Source: an uncultured delta proteobacterium (lineage in GTDB: Bacteria; Desulfobacterota; Binatia; UBA9968). From it: a DNA stretch of 64,000 bases. Positions 1 through 10,237 of the stretch are shown here, in pieces. Position 1 is the first letter of the stretch. Each line of letters opens with the position of its first letter. The translations under genes and the position numbers were made by a program. Under the pieces are notes generated by a model. The model was given only the letters and a program-made list of their open reading frames with translations. It did no database searches and had not been told where the DNA came from. The DNA lies in NCBI GenBank assembly GCA_963745835.1, contig CAVUZH010000018.1, positions 160,001 through 224,000 of the forward strand. The letters run 5' to 3'.

Positions 1-675
1 CACTATGCCATCACCGCGAAGATCCTCTTCCTGCTTCACCAACCGATTGTCTTGATAGTAACCCCAGAGATCTGTTTTGCCGGTGTGCTTGCGGTCCAGC
101 TCTTTTCTGATCAACTGGCCGTTCTCGTAAAAAGCCAAGCTATCGGCCCTACCGTCGGCGTTCGTGTCCTCTTCGACCCGACTTATCTTACCATCGCGAA
201 AATAAACAGAGCGATTTACCGCGCCGGAAGAACTGTTCTGTTCTTCAGCCCGTAGCGGCTGACCGTCTTGATAGTAAACCCACAGGGTAGGTTTACCCGT
301 TCTGTTTGGATCTTGACCTTTGCGCTCGACTTTTCCATCTGGATCGAGAAGATACCAGAGGTCGATTCGTCCGTCGTTTTTACTAGCGACTTCTTGGCGC
401 CGGGGCTTGCCGTTCTCATAATAAACTAATGCATCCGGCTCGCCGTCGAAATTCACATCCTGTTCGATTCGTTCTATTTGTCCTTGTCCATTGTAATGAC
501 TCCAACGATCCATTTTGCCGTCACCGTTGGTGTCGCGCGCTTGACGGATCACATGTCCTTGGTCATCGTAGTAAAAGCTGGCTACGGGTTGCTGGGCATG
601 AAGGAGATCGGCGCTTGAAATTATCAGCACGAAGAGAAGTATGATTGGCGCGACTTTGATTAGCTGCCGCTTCAT
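1..675 (-). CDS. Secreted repeat protein with DxN(G/x)DGxxDxW/YYxxG repeats (3'-truncated by window edge)
   Basis: Not in the ORF track; hand-translated from ATG at 675: MKRQLIKVAPIILLFVLIISSADLLHAQQPVASFYYDDQGHVIRQARDTNGDGKMDRWSHYNGQG...EDTNADGRADSLAFYENG..., open to position 1; signal-peptide-like N-terminus. Confidence 0.8.
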   Translation of the reverse strand, partial: MKRQLIKVAPIILLFVLIISSADLLHAQQPVASFYYDDQGHVIRQARDTNGDGKMDRWSHYNGQGQIERIEQDVNFDGEPDALVYYENGKPRRQEVASKNDGRIDLWYLLDPDGKVERKGQDPNRTGKPTLWVYYQDGQPLRAEEQNSSSGAVNRSVYFRDGKISRVEEDTNADGRADSLAFYENGQLIRKELDRKHTGKTDLWGYYQDNRLVKQEEDLRGDGIV

Positions 676-695
676 CGCTCGAGTACTCCGGACTG

Positions 696-911
696 CTATG
701 GCACAAACCACAATCTCGCACCCTGGTTGAGTGGCGTTGGACTCTCGGATCTCTCAAGGATGCATTCGCCGGCGCCGATTATGGTTTTTTTTAAGCCACG
801 AATCGCTGTGCCCAGAGATTTTCCGAAATCAGGAAAGTTGGCAGGACCAAAGACCATGAGGGCGATCACCGAAACGATAACCAGCTCCGGCATTCCAATG
901 GCTTCAAACAT
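696..911 (-). CDS. tatA: Twin-arginine translocase TatA/TatE-family subunit
   Basis: IGMPELVIVSVIALMVFGP...PDFGKSLGTAIRGLKK matches the TatA TM plus amphipathic helix pattern. Confidence 0.8.
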   Translation of the reverse strand: MFEAIGMPELVIVSVIALMVFGPANFPDFGKSLGTAIRGLKKTIIGAGECILERSESPTPLNQGARLWFVP

Positions 912-960
912 AAGGCACCCCCCGTGACTAGGTGCAAGCTACGTCAGGCCGGGAGGCTTG

Positions 961-1122
961 TCAATCTGTGACCCAGTGACGAAGCTTATATCGAAGCTCG
1001 ATCAGTGTGCGAATTCGCGTCGTTTGATCCGCAGGCGATGGCTGCGTATCTTGCAATTCGGTGATTGTCGAGTAAACCTTATCGAACACTTCCTTCAGAT
1101 CATTTCTTGTGAGCGTTATCAC
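961..1122 (-). CDS. Small hypothetical helical protein (about 53 aa)
   Basis: GTG-start ORF fills the gap between tatA and arnT; amphipathic pattern only, no recognisable family. Confidence 0.3.
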   Translation of the reverse strand: MITLTRNDLKEVFDKVYSTITELQDTQPSPADQTTRIRTLIELRYKLRHWVTD

Positions 1123-1160
1123 GCAAACTTTAATCACTAGCGGCGTCGACTCCGAAAGCG

Positions 1161-2893
1161 TTGAGCCGCCATATCGCTGGTCTACTTTGGCTGTTGTTAG
1201 CTGTCTGCCTAACCTCTCTTTTTTACCAGCTTGGAACGGCCGGCTTGTTCGAACCGGATGAAGGTCGAAACGCGGAGAAAGCAAGGGAAATTCTACTGCT
1301 CAACGATTGGGTAACGCCGCATGAGGATTTCTTTCCGGTTCTCGATAAGCCAATGTTCTTTTACTGGCTGATTGCGATCTCTTACAAAGCCTTCGGTGTC
1401 AATGAATGGGCAGCCAGATTAGCTTCTGTCTTGGCTGCATTGGGCTGTTTCGCGCTGGTTTATAGATTCGCACTGATCCGATGGGGCCCATGGGAGGCGC
1501 TGTGGAGCGGGCTGATTCTGATCAGCGGCGTAGAGTTTTTCATTTTGTCTCGGATCGTCATCTTCGACATGAGCCTAACCTTGTGCATCACACTAGCACT
1601 CTATTCGTTTTACGAAGCGGCGCATGCCGATGAGACAATGCGGCGCAGGATTTACTGCGTCTTGATGTATGGAGCGCTTGGCAGCCGGTACTCTCATCAA
1701 AGGCCTTGTCGGATTGCTCATTCCCGGCTTGATCATTTTCTTTTACCTTTTGATCGACCAACCGATGGTCAATTCTGCGCGCTGTTTATCTTATTCCTGG
1801 TGCATTATTGTTTCTGGCGCTCGTTGCTCCTTGGTATCTTCTGGCCGAGGCACGAAACGCCGGGTTTCTTCGTTATTATTTGTGGGACGAGCACTTCGGC
1901 CGCTTTGCCACCGCGATCTTTGATCGAGAACAACCCTGGTATTTTTTTTTGGCGAGTTGCTCGTTGTTGGGTTTCTTCCCTGGAGTGTGCTGCTTCCGAG
2001 CGTTATTAAACGCTACTGGTCGCAATCGTTGGATGGCAGAAGAATTTTTTTGCTATCATGGAGCATCGTACCGTTAATTTTTTTTTCGCTCTCCAGTTCG
2101 AAAGTGGCGCACTATATTCTGCCGATCTTTCCTCCCTTATCGATTCTGACCGCAACCACGCTAACCGGCATGTTTCAGAACCGAGGTTATAACCTGAAAC
2201 GGCCACTTGCGTTTTTTTGGGTGCTACAAAGCCTTATCATTCTGTACCTTGGTCTGGGATTGATCTGGCCGTCAATTCTCCCCGCACAGATTCGCGATAG
2301 CCTCGCTCCGATGGCGTGGTCCATCGCTGGTTATGCAATGATCTGCCTTGCGATTTTGATAGCGCTAGCCTGGGATAAAGCAGCTAAATTCTGGCAGAGC
2401 CAGTCAACCGTCTTTGCCGTACATGCCATTGGAGCGTTTTTCTTCTTGATCCTTTTGGCGCAGATCATGGTGGCGATTTCACGGAATAGATCGGCCGAAA
2501 AAATCGCCGGTGCCGTTCCCGGCCGGGCGGATGCGGAGACCCAGGTTGTCCTGTATGACACTTATCTTATGGGAATGCCCTTTTATCTACGCGCGCAAAC
2601 ACCCCTTTGGGTGGTCACCCATGCTAACAAGAAAAAGACCGTGCTCGGCAACTTTTATGTGGCTACCAATCGCGCTTGGCCCGACACGCGTTGGGGAAAG
2701 GCGCTTTTTGACTTGGTTGAATTTCGTGAAGTATGGAGGAAAAAAAGATAGGCCTTTGCTTATTATCGTTAAACAGAAAAATATCCCTCGCATGGAGAAG
2801 GAGATCGGAGCTTCGCCGCGCAGGCTGACAACCATTGATGAGTACGTTTTAATGTCGAATGGTCACCTAACCGGTCATCCCGCGCATGACTAG
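1161..2893 (+). CDS. ArnT/GT39-like lipid-linked glycosyltransferase, split over several frames (probable indel errors)
   Basis: LFEPDEGRNAEKARE, DKPMFFYW, IFDMSLT, LIKGLVG, YILPIFPPL motifs spread across ORFs 1161, 1669, 1808, 1957, 2510; two shifts lie at homopolymer runs (T-run near 1942, A-run near 2740). Confidence 0.8.
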
Positions 2894-2950
2894 GAAAACC
2901 CTGCTGTCCGAGCTTTTCGCGCTGCGGCAACTAAACTAAGATAGGAATAC

Positions 2951-3775
2951 ATGGAAGGCTGGGGAGTTGCCGTAATTCTAGGCGTGGTGGAGGGGCTAAC
3001 CGAATTCATTCCGGTATCATCGACCGGGCACCTTATCATCGCCAGTCATCTTCTGGGCTTCGTCGGAGAAAAAGCCGCAAGCTTCCAAGTTGCCATTCAA
3101 TTTGGCGCTATTCTAGCCGTGCTGCTGCTCTATTGGCGTCGGTTTGCCGATTTGCTGCCGTTGGGGAAAAACGCCGTCCAATGTAAAAATTCAAACCTCG
3201 CCGGCTGGGCGGGGATTTGGCGGATAGCGGCGGCAACGTTGCCCGCCCTGGTGGTCGGCTACTTAACGAAAGACTTGATCAAAACCTATCTTTTTACACC
3301 ATGGGCGGTAACGGTCGCATTGGCCGGCGGCGGGGTAGTGATTTTGGTCGTGGAACGTTTCCTAAGGGGAAGAAAGTCGAGGCCGCTCGAAACTGTGACA
3401 ATGGTCCAGGCCATCGGAATGGGGCTATTTCAGGTTCTTGCCCTGTGGCCCGGCACTTCGCGGTCAGCTGCCACGATCGTCGGCGGCATGCTTCTGGGCC
3501 TTGACCGGAAGGGAGCCGCGGAATTTTCGTTTTTGATCGCAGTGCCGGTTATGCTTGCCGTTGAATGTTATGAGTTGATGAAAATGGGGACTATGTTTAG
3601 CGCCCAAGATGCGACAAATTTTATGATTGGCTTCCTTGTTTCCTTTATCGTTGCGGTGATGGCTGTGAAGACATTTATCCTGTTGCTGAGTAAATGGACA
3701 CTCGTACCGTTCGCCTGGTACCGGATTATCGTTGCTCCGATTTTTTTTCTTCTCACCCGTGAAACGAGGCTGTAG
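2951..3775 (+). CDS. uppP: Undecaprenyl-diphosphatase
   Basis: GVVEGLTEFIPVSSTGH and PGTSRSAATI signature motifs. Confidence 0.95.
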   Translation: MEGWGVAVILGVVEGLTEFIPVSSTGHLIIASHLLGFVGEKAASFQVAIQFGAILAVLLLYWRRFADLLPLGKNAVQCKNSNLAGWAGIWRIAAATLPALVVGYLTKDLIKTYLFTPWAVTVALAGGGVVILVVERFLRGRKSRPLETVTMVQAIGMGLFQVLALWPGTSRSAATIVGGMLLGLDRKGAAEFSFLIAVPVMLAVECYELMKMGTMFSAQDATNFMIGFLVSFIVAVMAVKTFILLLSKWTLVPFAWYRIIVAPIFFLLTRETRL

Positions 3776-3835
3776 CTTATCTGCAGTGCGGAAGCGGCTG
3801 CGGAGCAGTGTCTGGCAGCTGCAGGTTTGCAAGCT

Positions 3836-4564
3836 TTAGATTTCGTGGCGGTGCTTCATCCAGCTGAAAATGCGACCGCGATAAAGATACGCGATCAGCA
3901 AAATGGCCGCGGCAACCACGGCGAAAATGATCGCCGTATAGTACTCCTGATTTCGAATGCTGGCGCCTTGCATGGTCAGAAAGTAAGTCCCGGGGATTCT
4001 ACCAACGATCGTCACAAACAAAAAAGTCGCCAGCTTCATTCGGCTCAGGCCAAGCACATAGCAGAGATAGTCCTTCGGAAAACCCGGAAACAAAAATAAT
4101 AGGAAGCAGATCGCCGCCCCGGTATTGGTCGTTAAGAAGTCGAACCGATGCAAAACATCTTGTTTGACAAAGCGTTCGACAAACGGTCTCCCTAAAATGC
4201 TTGCCAACTCAAAAGCGACCCATGAACCCAGTGTCAGGCCTATAGTCGATAAAATGAAACCCAGAGTCTCGCCATAAACGTAACCGCCTGCCACTCCGGT
4301 CAACTCGCCTGGAAACGGTGCGGCAATGACTTGCGAGACCTGGAAGAGAACAAATACCGCCGGGGAATACGGGCCGAGTGAACGAAGAAAGTTACCTAAC
4401 TTGTCGCTGCTGGAATAGATCCCTTCGAAGTCATCAATCTCTTCACCAGGCGGAACCAAAGCGGAAAACGGTTGCGGTATATAGCGGCTAAAGAGAAACA
4501 ACAGACCGATCAGAACAATAAAAATCAAACCCCTTATCGCGAGCTGTCGGTGTTGACCCGTCAT
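3836..4564 (-). CDS. TVP38/TMEM64 (DedA/SNARE-associated) membrane protein
   Basis: APFPGELTGVAGGYVYG, LFPGFPKDYLCYVLGL, GRIPG; start placed at ATG 4564. Confidence 0.85.
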   Translation of the reverse strand: MTGQHRQLAIRGLIFIVLIGLLFLFSRYIPQPFSALVPPGEEIDDFEGIYSSSDKLGNFLRSLGPYSPAVFVLFQVSQVIAAPFPGELTGVAGGYVYGETLGFILSTIGLTLGSWVAFELASILGRPFVERFVKQDVLHRFDFLTTNTGAAICFLLFLFPGFPKDYLCYVLGLSRMKLATFLFVTIVGRIPGTYFLTMQGASIRNQEYYTAIIFAVVAAAILLIAYLYRGRIFSWMKHRHEI

Positions 4565-4790
4565 CGCGGCTTTATAACAACAAAATTCAAAAGAAACGAG
4601 GTCGAGAGCGCCGGCTTCCAAAGGCAAAGGACGGGTGAGTTGTGGCAGCAATAGTTCGCGGGTATTTCGATGCAGCAAATCTAAATGGAGCGATACCTGA
4701 TAGAGCCATATCTAGGATGATGATGTGCTGGGGGCGGACTCCACTCTGCCAACTCCTTTCTCAAAATTGCTAAATACGGTGTTCGCCTTA

Positions 4791-7478
4791 TTACCGGCGT
4801 TGCTGCATCTCACGTAACAGAGCCTCAAGCCTCTTTTGCTCCTCACCATAGCCGGCCCAATTTCCCTGCCGTAAAAATTCTTGGGAACGGGAAAAATGCT
4901 CCAGGGCCCGTTGGGCCAGAGTACTCTCGATCAGGGCTTCTTTAACGCTCGCCGGCATCGGCGACGGCTCGGCGCTTGCCTTTCCACCAAACACGCGTTG
5001 CAGGGATTGATCGAGGGTCTCTTCCATCGCGATTTGGTTGCCAAAGGCGACAATAACTCGCTTTAACTCCGGTAAAGAGCCCTTTTCTGCGGCCAGGAAT
5101 AGAGGTTGGACATAGAGCAGGGACTTTTCTATAGGGATGGCCAGTAAGCTTCCCCGGATCACCTGTCCCCTCTGTCCCCACAGACTCAATTGTTGCGAGA
5201 TAAAAGCGTCTTGTTCGATACGGGCGTCGATCTGTTTCGGGCCATAAACCAGTTTCGCCTTGGGAAAATCTAGGGCTATGAGCTTCCCATAATGCGGTGG
5301 ATCGCTGCGCGCCGCCAGCCATGCCCGCATATTGTCCCGGTTGTTCGGCGTGAAGGGCAGAAGCAGAACGAACTCCTCTTTCGTCTCGCCCGGTAGGCGC
5401 ATGATGGTATAGTAGGGCGCCATTTCCCGCTCGGTGCCACTTACGGTCTGCCGCGGGATGCTTAACAAATCCTCTTTGTTGTAAAAAACCTGCGGATCGC
5501 GCATGTGATAGGTTGCGTACATTTGAGACTGAATCGTGAAAAGATCCTCGGGATATCGTATGTGCGCGCGCAGATCCTCAGGCATTTTTTCGAGCGGCTT
5601 GAAAAGCTCCGGGAAAATCTTCTGATAGGATTGAACGATCGGGTCCTCGGGATCACTCATGTAAAAGTCAACCGTACCATTGTAGGCGTCAACCACTGCC
5701 TTGACGGAATTGCGGATGTAGTTCGTGCCTTGACGGCGTATGGGCGCCGAGTACGGGAATCGATCCGAGGTGGTGTAGCCGTCGATCATCCAGAACAGCC
5801 TGCCGCCTTGGGCAATGACCATGTAAGCGTCGCGATCAAACGTGACGAACGGCAGGACTTTTTTCACTCGCTCTTGAATCTGGCGTTGATAAAGGATTCG
5901 GCTCTCTTGAACAATATCCTCTGAGAGCACGATTCTTAACGTCGCAAAATGCGCCGAAAAGATAAGCTTGCGCCATAATGAGCCGATCGATACACCACCG
6001 CTGCCGCTGTACTGAGTGTAGATATTCTGGTCGCCTGCCGGATAATCCAGCTCTCGCGCGCCACTCTTGACAAATACATAATCATTGGCGAGCTCGCCGT
6101 AATAAATCTCCGGCCGCGTTACCTTGAGGCTGCCATCTGAGACCGGCGGTATATCCTTGATGAAAAACTCCGGCAGCCCTTCCGGCGTGACCTGATTTAC
6201 CGGCCCGAAGACGACCCCGTAACCATGCGTGTAGGTTAAATGTTCGTTGATCCAGATGCGGCTTGGCAGGTGTTGATGAGAAAGTTCACGGGCAGAAAGC
6301 ATGATCTGACGATAGGTGCCATCGATGTTGTATCGATCGTTGTCGACATCGACAAACTTGTAGTATGTCCGTATTTCCTGCAATTGTGCGTAGGTCGCCA
6401 GTAACGGCTGATGTTCCCAAAGGCGTATGTTTTTGATCGTCGCATCATTCCGTTGAAGGTCGGCGGCATTCAGGGTTTCGTCAGCCGGAAAGTCCTCGTT
6501 CTCGATTTTATCGAGGCCATAGGCGGTTCGGGTAAATTTAATGTTGTGTTCGATGAATGGACGTTCCGAATCCACCTCGTTCGGAACCACACGAAAGCGT
6601 TGAACCATCGCCGGCGCGGCGCTGAGTCCGATCACATGGACCAGAACCAATCCAGCTATGCCAACAAGCAGATAGGCAAACCCAGGGCGAGTGATCTGAA
6701 CGGCGGAGAGCGCAGCCGCGATCAAAGCAGCGACCGTCAAGATCCTCAAGGCCGGCAGGCTTACATAAACATCGGTATAGCCAGCACCAAAAGCCGCACC
6801 GCCGGAAGCGTACAGCAGATCGTACGAATCCAACACATAGCCCGCTGCTTTAACAGCTAATAAAGCTGCGATCAGAATCAACAGGTGGAATCTGGCCCGC
6901 GGCGCGAGAAAAATGCCGCGCGGACTATACTGCAGGCCTCGATAAAGTACATAAATGACCGCGGTCAATGCCAGAGAAAGCGCCAAAGCCGTCATCAGCC
7001 AATTGTAGAGCGTGCGCAGCGCCGGCAACTGAAACACGAAAAAGCCAAGATCTCGATTATATAAAGGGTCCTCGAGGCCGAAGGACGTCGGATTCAGCAA
7101 GAGCAGGAATGATTCCCAATGGCTGGCAGCCTGGGGCGCGGCAAAAAGCCCGAGAACTAACGCTGCAGGTAGAAGCAGTCGTTGGACTAAGGGATCGATT
7201 AGCTCAGGTCGCGGCAGATCAAGAAAATTCTCTTGGTCCAGGAAGCGAATTCCTCTGACCAACCGAGCCGCTATCCTGACATTAGCGTAGATCAGGAGCG
7301 CAAAAATACTTCCGCCAAGGACAGCCAGAACAGTCTTGAAAAACAGACTGATGGTAAAAACCTGCGTATAGCCCACTTCTTCAAACCAGAGCCAATCGAC
7401 ATAAAGCGAAATGAGTTGGCGAAGCGAAATCAGCACTAAAAAGATTACAAATAGAAATATCCCACCCAGTCCCTTCAT
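4791..7478 (-). CDS. UPF0182 family membrane protein
   Basis: YVDWLWFEEVGY, NIRLWEH, YTHGYG, NYIRNSVKAVVDAYNG, LLYVQPLFL; start placed at ATG 7478 (MKGLGG). Confidence 0.92.
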   Translation of the reverse strand: MKGLGGIFLFVIFLVLISLRQLISLYVDWLWFEEVGYTQVFTISLFFKTVLAVLGGSIFALLIYANVRIAARLVRGIRFLDQENFLDLPRPELIDPLVQRLLLPAALVLGLFAAPQAASHWESFLLLLNPTSFGLEDPLYNRDLGFFVFQLPALRTLYNWLMTALALSLALTAVIYVLYRGLQYSPRGIFLAPRARFHLLILIAALLAVKAAGYVLDSYDLLYASGGAAFGAGYTDVYVSLPALRILTVAALIAAALSAVQITRPGFAYLLVGIAGLVLVHVIGLSAAPAMVQRFRVVPNEVDSERPFIEHNIKFTRTAYGLDKIENEDFPADETLNAADLQRNDATIKNIRLWEHQPLLATYAQLQEIRTYYKFVDVDNDRYNIDGTYRQIMLSARELSHQHLPSRIWINEHLTYTHGYGVVFGPVNQVTPEGLPEFFIKDIPPVSDGSLKVTRPEIYYGELANDYVFVKSGARELDYPAGDQNIYTQYSGSGGVSIGSLWRKLIFSAHFATLRIVLSEDIVQESRILYQRQIQERVKKVLPFVTFDRDAYMVIAQGGRLFWMIDGYTTSDRFPYSAPIRRQGTNYIRNSVKAVVDAYNGTVDFYMSDPEDPIVQSYQKIFPELFKPLEKMPEDLRAHIRYPEDLFTIQSQMYATYHMRDPQVFYNKEDLLSIPRQTVSGTEREMAPYYTIMRLPGETKEEFVLLLPFTPNNRDNMRAWLAARSDPPHYGKLIALDFPKAKLVYGPKQIDARIEQDAFISQQLSLWGQRGQVIRGSLLAIPIEKSLLYVQPLFLAAEKGSLPELKRVIVAFGNQIAMEETLDQSLQRVFGGKASAEPSPMPASVKEALIESTLAQRALEHFSRSQEFLRQGNWAGYGEEQKRLEALLREMQQRR

Positions 7479-7600
7479 GAGATTGCCTTTGTTCAGCCTA
7501 GGATTTGGGAGATGCAGGTTAGAAAAGAAGTTCCGCAGGAATAACATCAAAAACGATGCTGAGATCTGACGATCGATTTGCGGAACGAAATGCCGGATGG

Positions 7601-7635
7601 AAAAGGTGGCTCCCGAATGTCGAGAGCCACCTTTT
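7601..7635. terminator. Intrinsic terminator-like hairpin downstream of ABC permease
   Basis: AAAAGGTGGCTC-loop-GAGCCACCTTTT perfect 12-bp inverted repeat with A/T tails. Confidence 0.7.
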
Positions 7636-7656
7636 GAGGGTACGCGATGAACTGCT

Positions 7657-8502
7657 TTAAGCGACAGCTCCAACCTTGGGACGCCACTTGTCAAACCGGG
7701 ATTCGAGTCGGGTCAGAAGCTCCATTGCAATCATTCCCGAGATCGCGAAGATGAGCACGCCGACGAATACCTTATCGGTTTGAAACGTGGCGCCCGCCAC
7801 CGTGATCATGAAGCCGATGCCGGCCGTGGCAGCATAAAGCTCGCCAACCATGACGCCGATTAGAGCCCGGCCCACCCCAAGTCTCAAGCCCGTAAGAATA
7901 AAAGGCAGAGTCGAAGGCAGCACGACGCTCCTGAAAATCTGCCATTCTGAAGCACCGAAGCTCCTTGCGGCGGTCAAAAGGTTATACGGCGTGGTTTTTA
8001 CGCCGTCGCGCGCATTGATCAAGATTGGAAAGACGGCCCCAAGAAATATGATTCCGACTTTGGACAAGATGCCGATCCCAAGCCAAATGATGACTAACGG
8101 CAACAACGCAACTCTAGGCGTTGCGTTCATGGCATTGATAAAGGGATCAAATATGTAGGCAAACTTCTTATACCAACCGCACGCGATGCCAAACGGCACG
8201 CCGACTACCACAGATAGCAAATAGCCCCAGCCGAATTCGAGGCCACTGACATACAAGTCATTATAAATTTCTCCCGATGAGAACATTTGAACCGCCGCTT
8301 TGAAGATCAATGACGGCGCGCTCATAAACATCGGATTGATAAGGCCGAGAGTATTTCCTACCAACTCCCAGGCCGATAAAAATATGATGACTGCCGAGGT
8401 GCCTAAAATCTTCTTTTCATTGTTCAGATAGAACTTATAGGCGCCTGATGCTTCGGCGACGCTAACGTCTAAAAGTTGCTCTTCTGCGGCTTGATCAGCC
8501 AT
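7657..8502 (-). CDS. ABC transporter permease, NitT/TauT (SsuC-like) family
   Basis: PRVALLPLVIIWLGIG, ARSFGAS (EAA loop), GELYAATAGIG. Confidence 0.9.
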   Translation of the reverse strand: MADQAAEEQLLDVSVAEASGAYKFYLNNEKKILGTSAVIIFLSAWELVGNTLGLINPMFMSAPSLIFKAAVQMFSSGEIYNDLYVSGLEFGWGYLLSVVVGVPFGIACGWYKKFAYIFDPFINAMNATPRVALLPLVIIWLGIGILSKVGIIFLGAVFPILINARDGVKTTPYNLLTAARSFGASEWQIFRSVVLPSTLPFILTGLRLGVGRALIGVMVGELYAATAGIGFMITVAGATFQTDKVFVGVLIFAISGMIAMELLTRLESRFDKWRPKVGAVA

Positions 8503-8554
8503 ATCTTTCCTCCTAGTGGTTTATAAAGTCACTCTGGGCCAGCAACGCGAACGT

Positions 8555-8598
8555 CTAACAAAAGGGTTAGTTCTTGTCAATACTAACCTGTTGGTTAG
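8555..8598. promoter_or_regulatory. Two palindromic operator-like sites CTAAC-N6-GTTAG flanking a minus-strand TTGACA
   Basis: CTAACAAAAGGGTTAG (8555-8570) and CTAACCTGTTGGTTAG (8583-8598); tgtcaa at 8575-8580. Confidence 0.55.
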
Positions 8599-8668
8599 GC
8601 CAACCTATTTTTTTACTGCGGTTTTTACTGCGCCAATGGAGGTCATGGCAAGCTGGAATTCTGCGATC

Positions 8669-8697
8669 TTGACAATTGTTTAGGTCTTAAATATTTT
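8669..8697 (+). promoter_or_regulatory. Sigma70-type promoter of the radical SAM cluster
   Basis: TTGACA-17 bp-TATTTT, about 40 bp upstream of GGAGA RBS and ATG 8739. Confidence 0.55.
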
Positions 8698-8738
8698 GGC
8701 CTGAACCATCGATTATCCTTCCGCTATCAGGGAGATAC

Positions 8739-10220
8739 ATGAAAATTCTTTTTATTACGCCGCCTATGGGAAATTGGGCTCCCTGGGGTGAGCGCCACGT
8801 GGCTGTCAATTCACTGCACGCCCAGCTTGCCGCCTTTGTCAGAGAACAGAATGCCGCTGAGGTGGAGGTGCTTGATTGCCGCGCGCTCGCACTCGATGAT
8901 GAAGGCATGCTCGATAAAATTAAACAAAGCCGCCCCGATGTGGTGTTTTTTGGCAACATGATTGCCGCCGCGGGGGGCGCCGCGCAGCTTAATCGCTTTC
9001 ATGCAGCCATGAAGCGAATCAAGGACGTGTTGCCGAGCACCATTACGGTCGGCGGCGGTCTGATGTACACCGCGGTTCCGCAGAAAATCATGGCCGAAAA
9101 TCCGCAACTGGACTTTGCGCTTGTCGGCGTGTTCGGCGATAACGAGTATGCCCTTTGCGAATTGTTGCAGACGTTGAAAATGCCGTCTGCAAAATTTGCA
9201 GCGATCAAAGGGCTGGCTTACCGTGAAAACGGAGAAGTCGCGCTCAATCCGCCGCGTCCGCTCATTTCCAACCTCGACGATTTGCCGCTACCGGCTTACG
9301 ACCTCTTCCCGATGGATCGATACTGTGGCTATTCGGTGATTCCAAATTACAACGAAACGGTAACCTCGAGAGGTTGCGAAGGCGCTTGCCATTTTTGTTA
9401 TGAGTGGTGGCTCGTCGATCAACGCAATCCTCGGGATTTCAGCTCGCACCGGACCAAAAGCGGCAGGAAGGTTGCCGAAGAAATGGAGCTCCTCAACCAC
9501 AAGTATGGCGTTAAAGCGCTTACCTTCATGGATGATGACTTCAACTCCGATCGACAAAAGATGGTCGACATGCTCGAAGAGCTGGAAAAGAAAAAGTTGG
9601 ACATGAGCTGGTTTATGCTTAGCAGAGCGCAGAACTTGATTCGTGATGCCGACCTGATTCCGCGTCTGAGAAAAGTCGGTCTGTATCAGGTGCTGATCGG
9701 TATCGATGGCGGAACCGATGAGGAAATCGCCGAAGCTCGCAAGGGACCGATGAAGGTTGGGGTCCAGGAACTGAAAGAGCTTATTCAGTTCCTGCGTAAG
9801 AACGACATCTCGACGATTTCGACTTATTTGAATGGGTTTTGGGAGGACGATGAGGCGAAGATTCGCCAACGCGCCAACGCTGTGGACGAAATTGATCCGG
9901 ATATTGTCATGATCCAATTGCTCAACCCGATTCCCGGATCACCGATCTACAAGAAAGCTGTCAAAGAAAATCTGATCGAGATCGATAATCTGAGCCTGTA
10001 CGATTTAGAGCATTGCGTGATGCCGACCAAGTATCTCTCGCGCCAACAACTCGGCGAACTGACCGGGTGGGCCTTTCAATCGTTCTACAGCAAACCGGGT
10101 CGAGTCGAGAGAATTTTGAACGGCTATACTTCTCCCTATGTAAGGATGAAGTTCCTTTCGTTCAAGAATAACGCGGCGAAGTATGAAAAGGGCGCGGCCG
10201 AAGATGCCATCGCCATATAG
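8739..10220 (+). CDS. Cobalamin-dependent radical SAM enzyme (class B methyltransferase/BchE-like architecture)
   Basis: N-terminal B12-binding Rossmann fold (MKILFITPP...VGGG), PAYDLFPM, TSRGCEGACHFC (CxxxCxxC), PIPGSPIY. Confidence 0.9.
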   Translation: MKILFITPPMGNWAPWGERHVAVNSLHAQLAAFVREQNAAEVEVLDCRALALDDEGMLDKIKQSRPDVVFFGNMIAAAGGAAQLNRFHAAMKRIKDVLPSTITVGGGLMYTAVPQKIMAENPQLDFALVGVFGDNEYALCELLQTLKMPSAKFAAIKGLAYRENGEVALNPPRPLISNLDDLPLPAYDLFPMDRYCGYSVIPNYNETVTSRGCEGACHFCYEWWLVDQRNPRDFSSHRTKSGRKVAEEMELLNHKYGVKALTFMDDDFNSDRQKMVDMLEELEKKKLDMSWFMLSRAQNLIRDADLIPRLRKVGLYQVLIGIDGGTDEEIAEARKGPMKVGVQELKELIQFLRKNDISTISTYLNGFWEDDEAKIRQRANAVDEIDPDIVMIQLLNPIPGSPIYKKAVKENLIEIDNLSLYDLEHCVMPTKYLSRQQLGELTGWAFQSFYSKPGRVERILNGYTSPYVRMKFLSFKNNAAKYEKGAAEDAIAI

Positions 10221-10237
10221 CTCCTGATTGCAGCTCC

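Noticed and set aside
1941-1950. Poly-T tract in the arnT-like gene as a phase-variation switch
   Set aside because: The gene has several other indels, so it cannot be separated from homopolymer sequencing error.
8739-10220. Assigning bchE or bzaD
   Set aside because: Only family-level motifs are visible, and no chlorophyll or cobamide genes are in the window.
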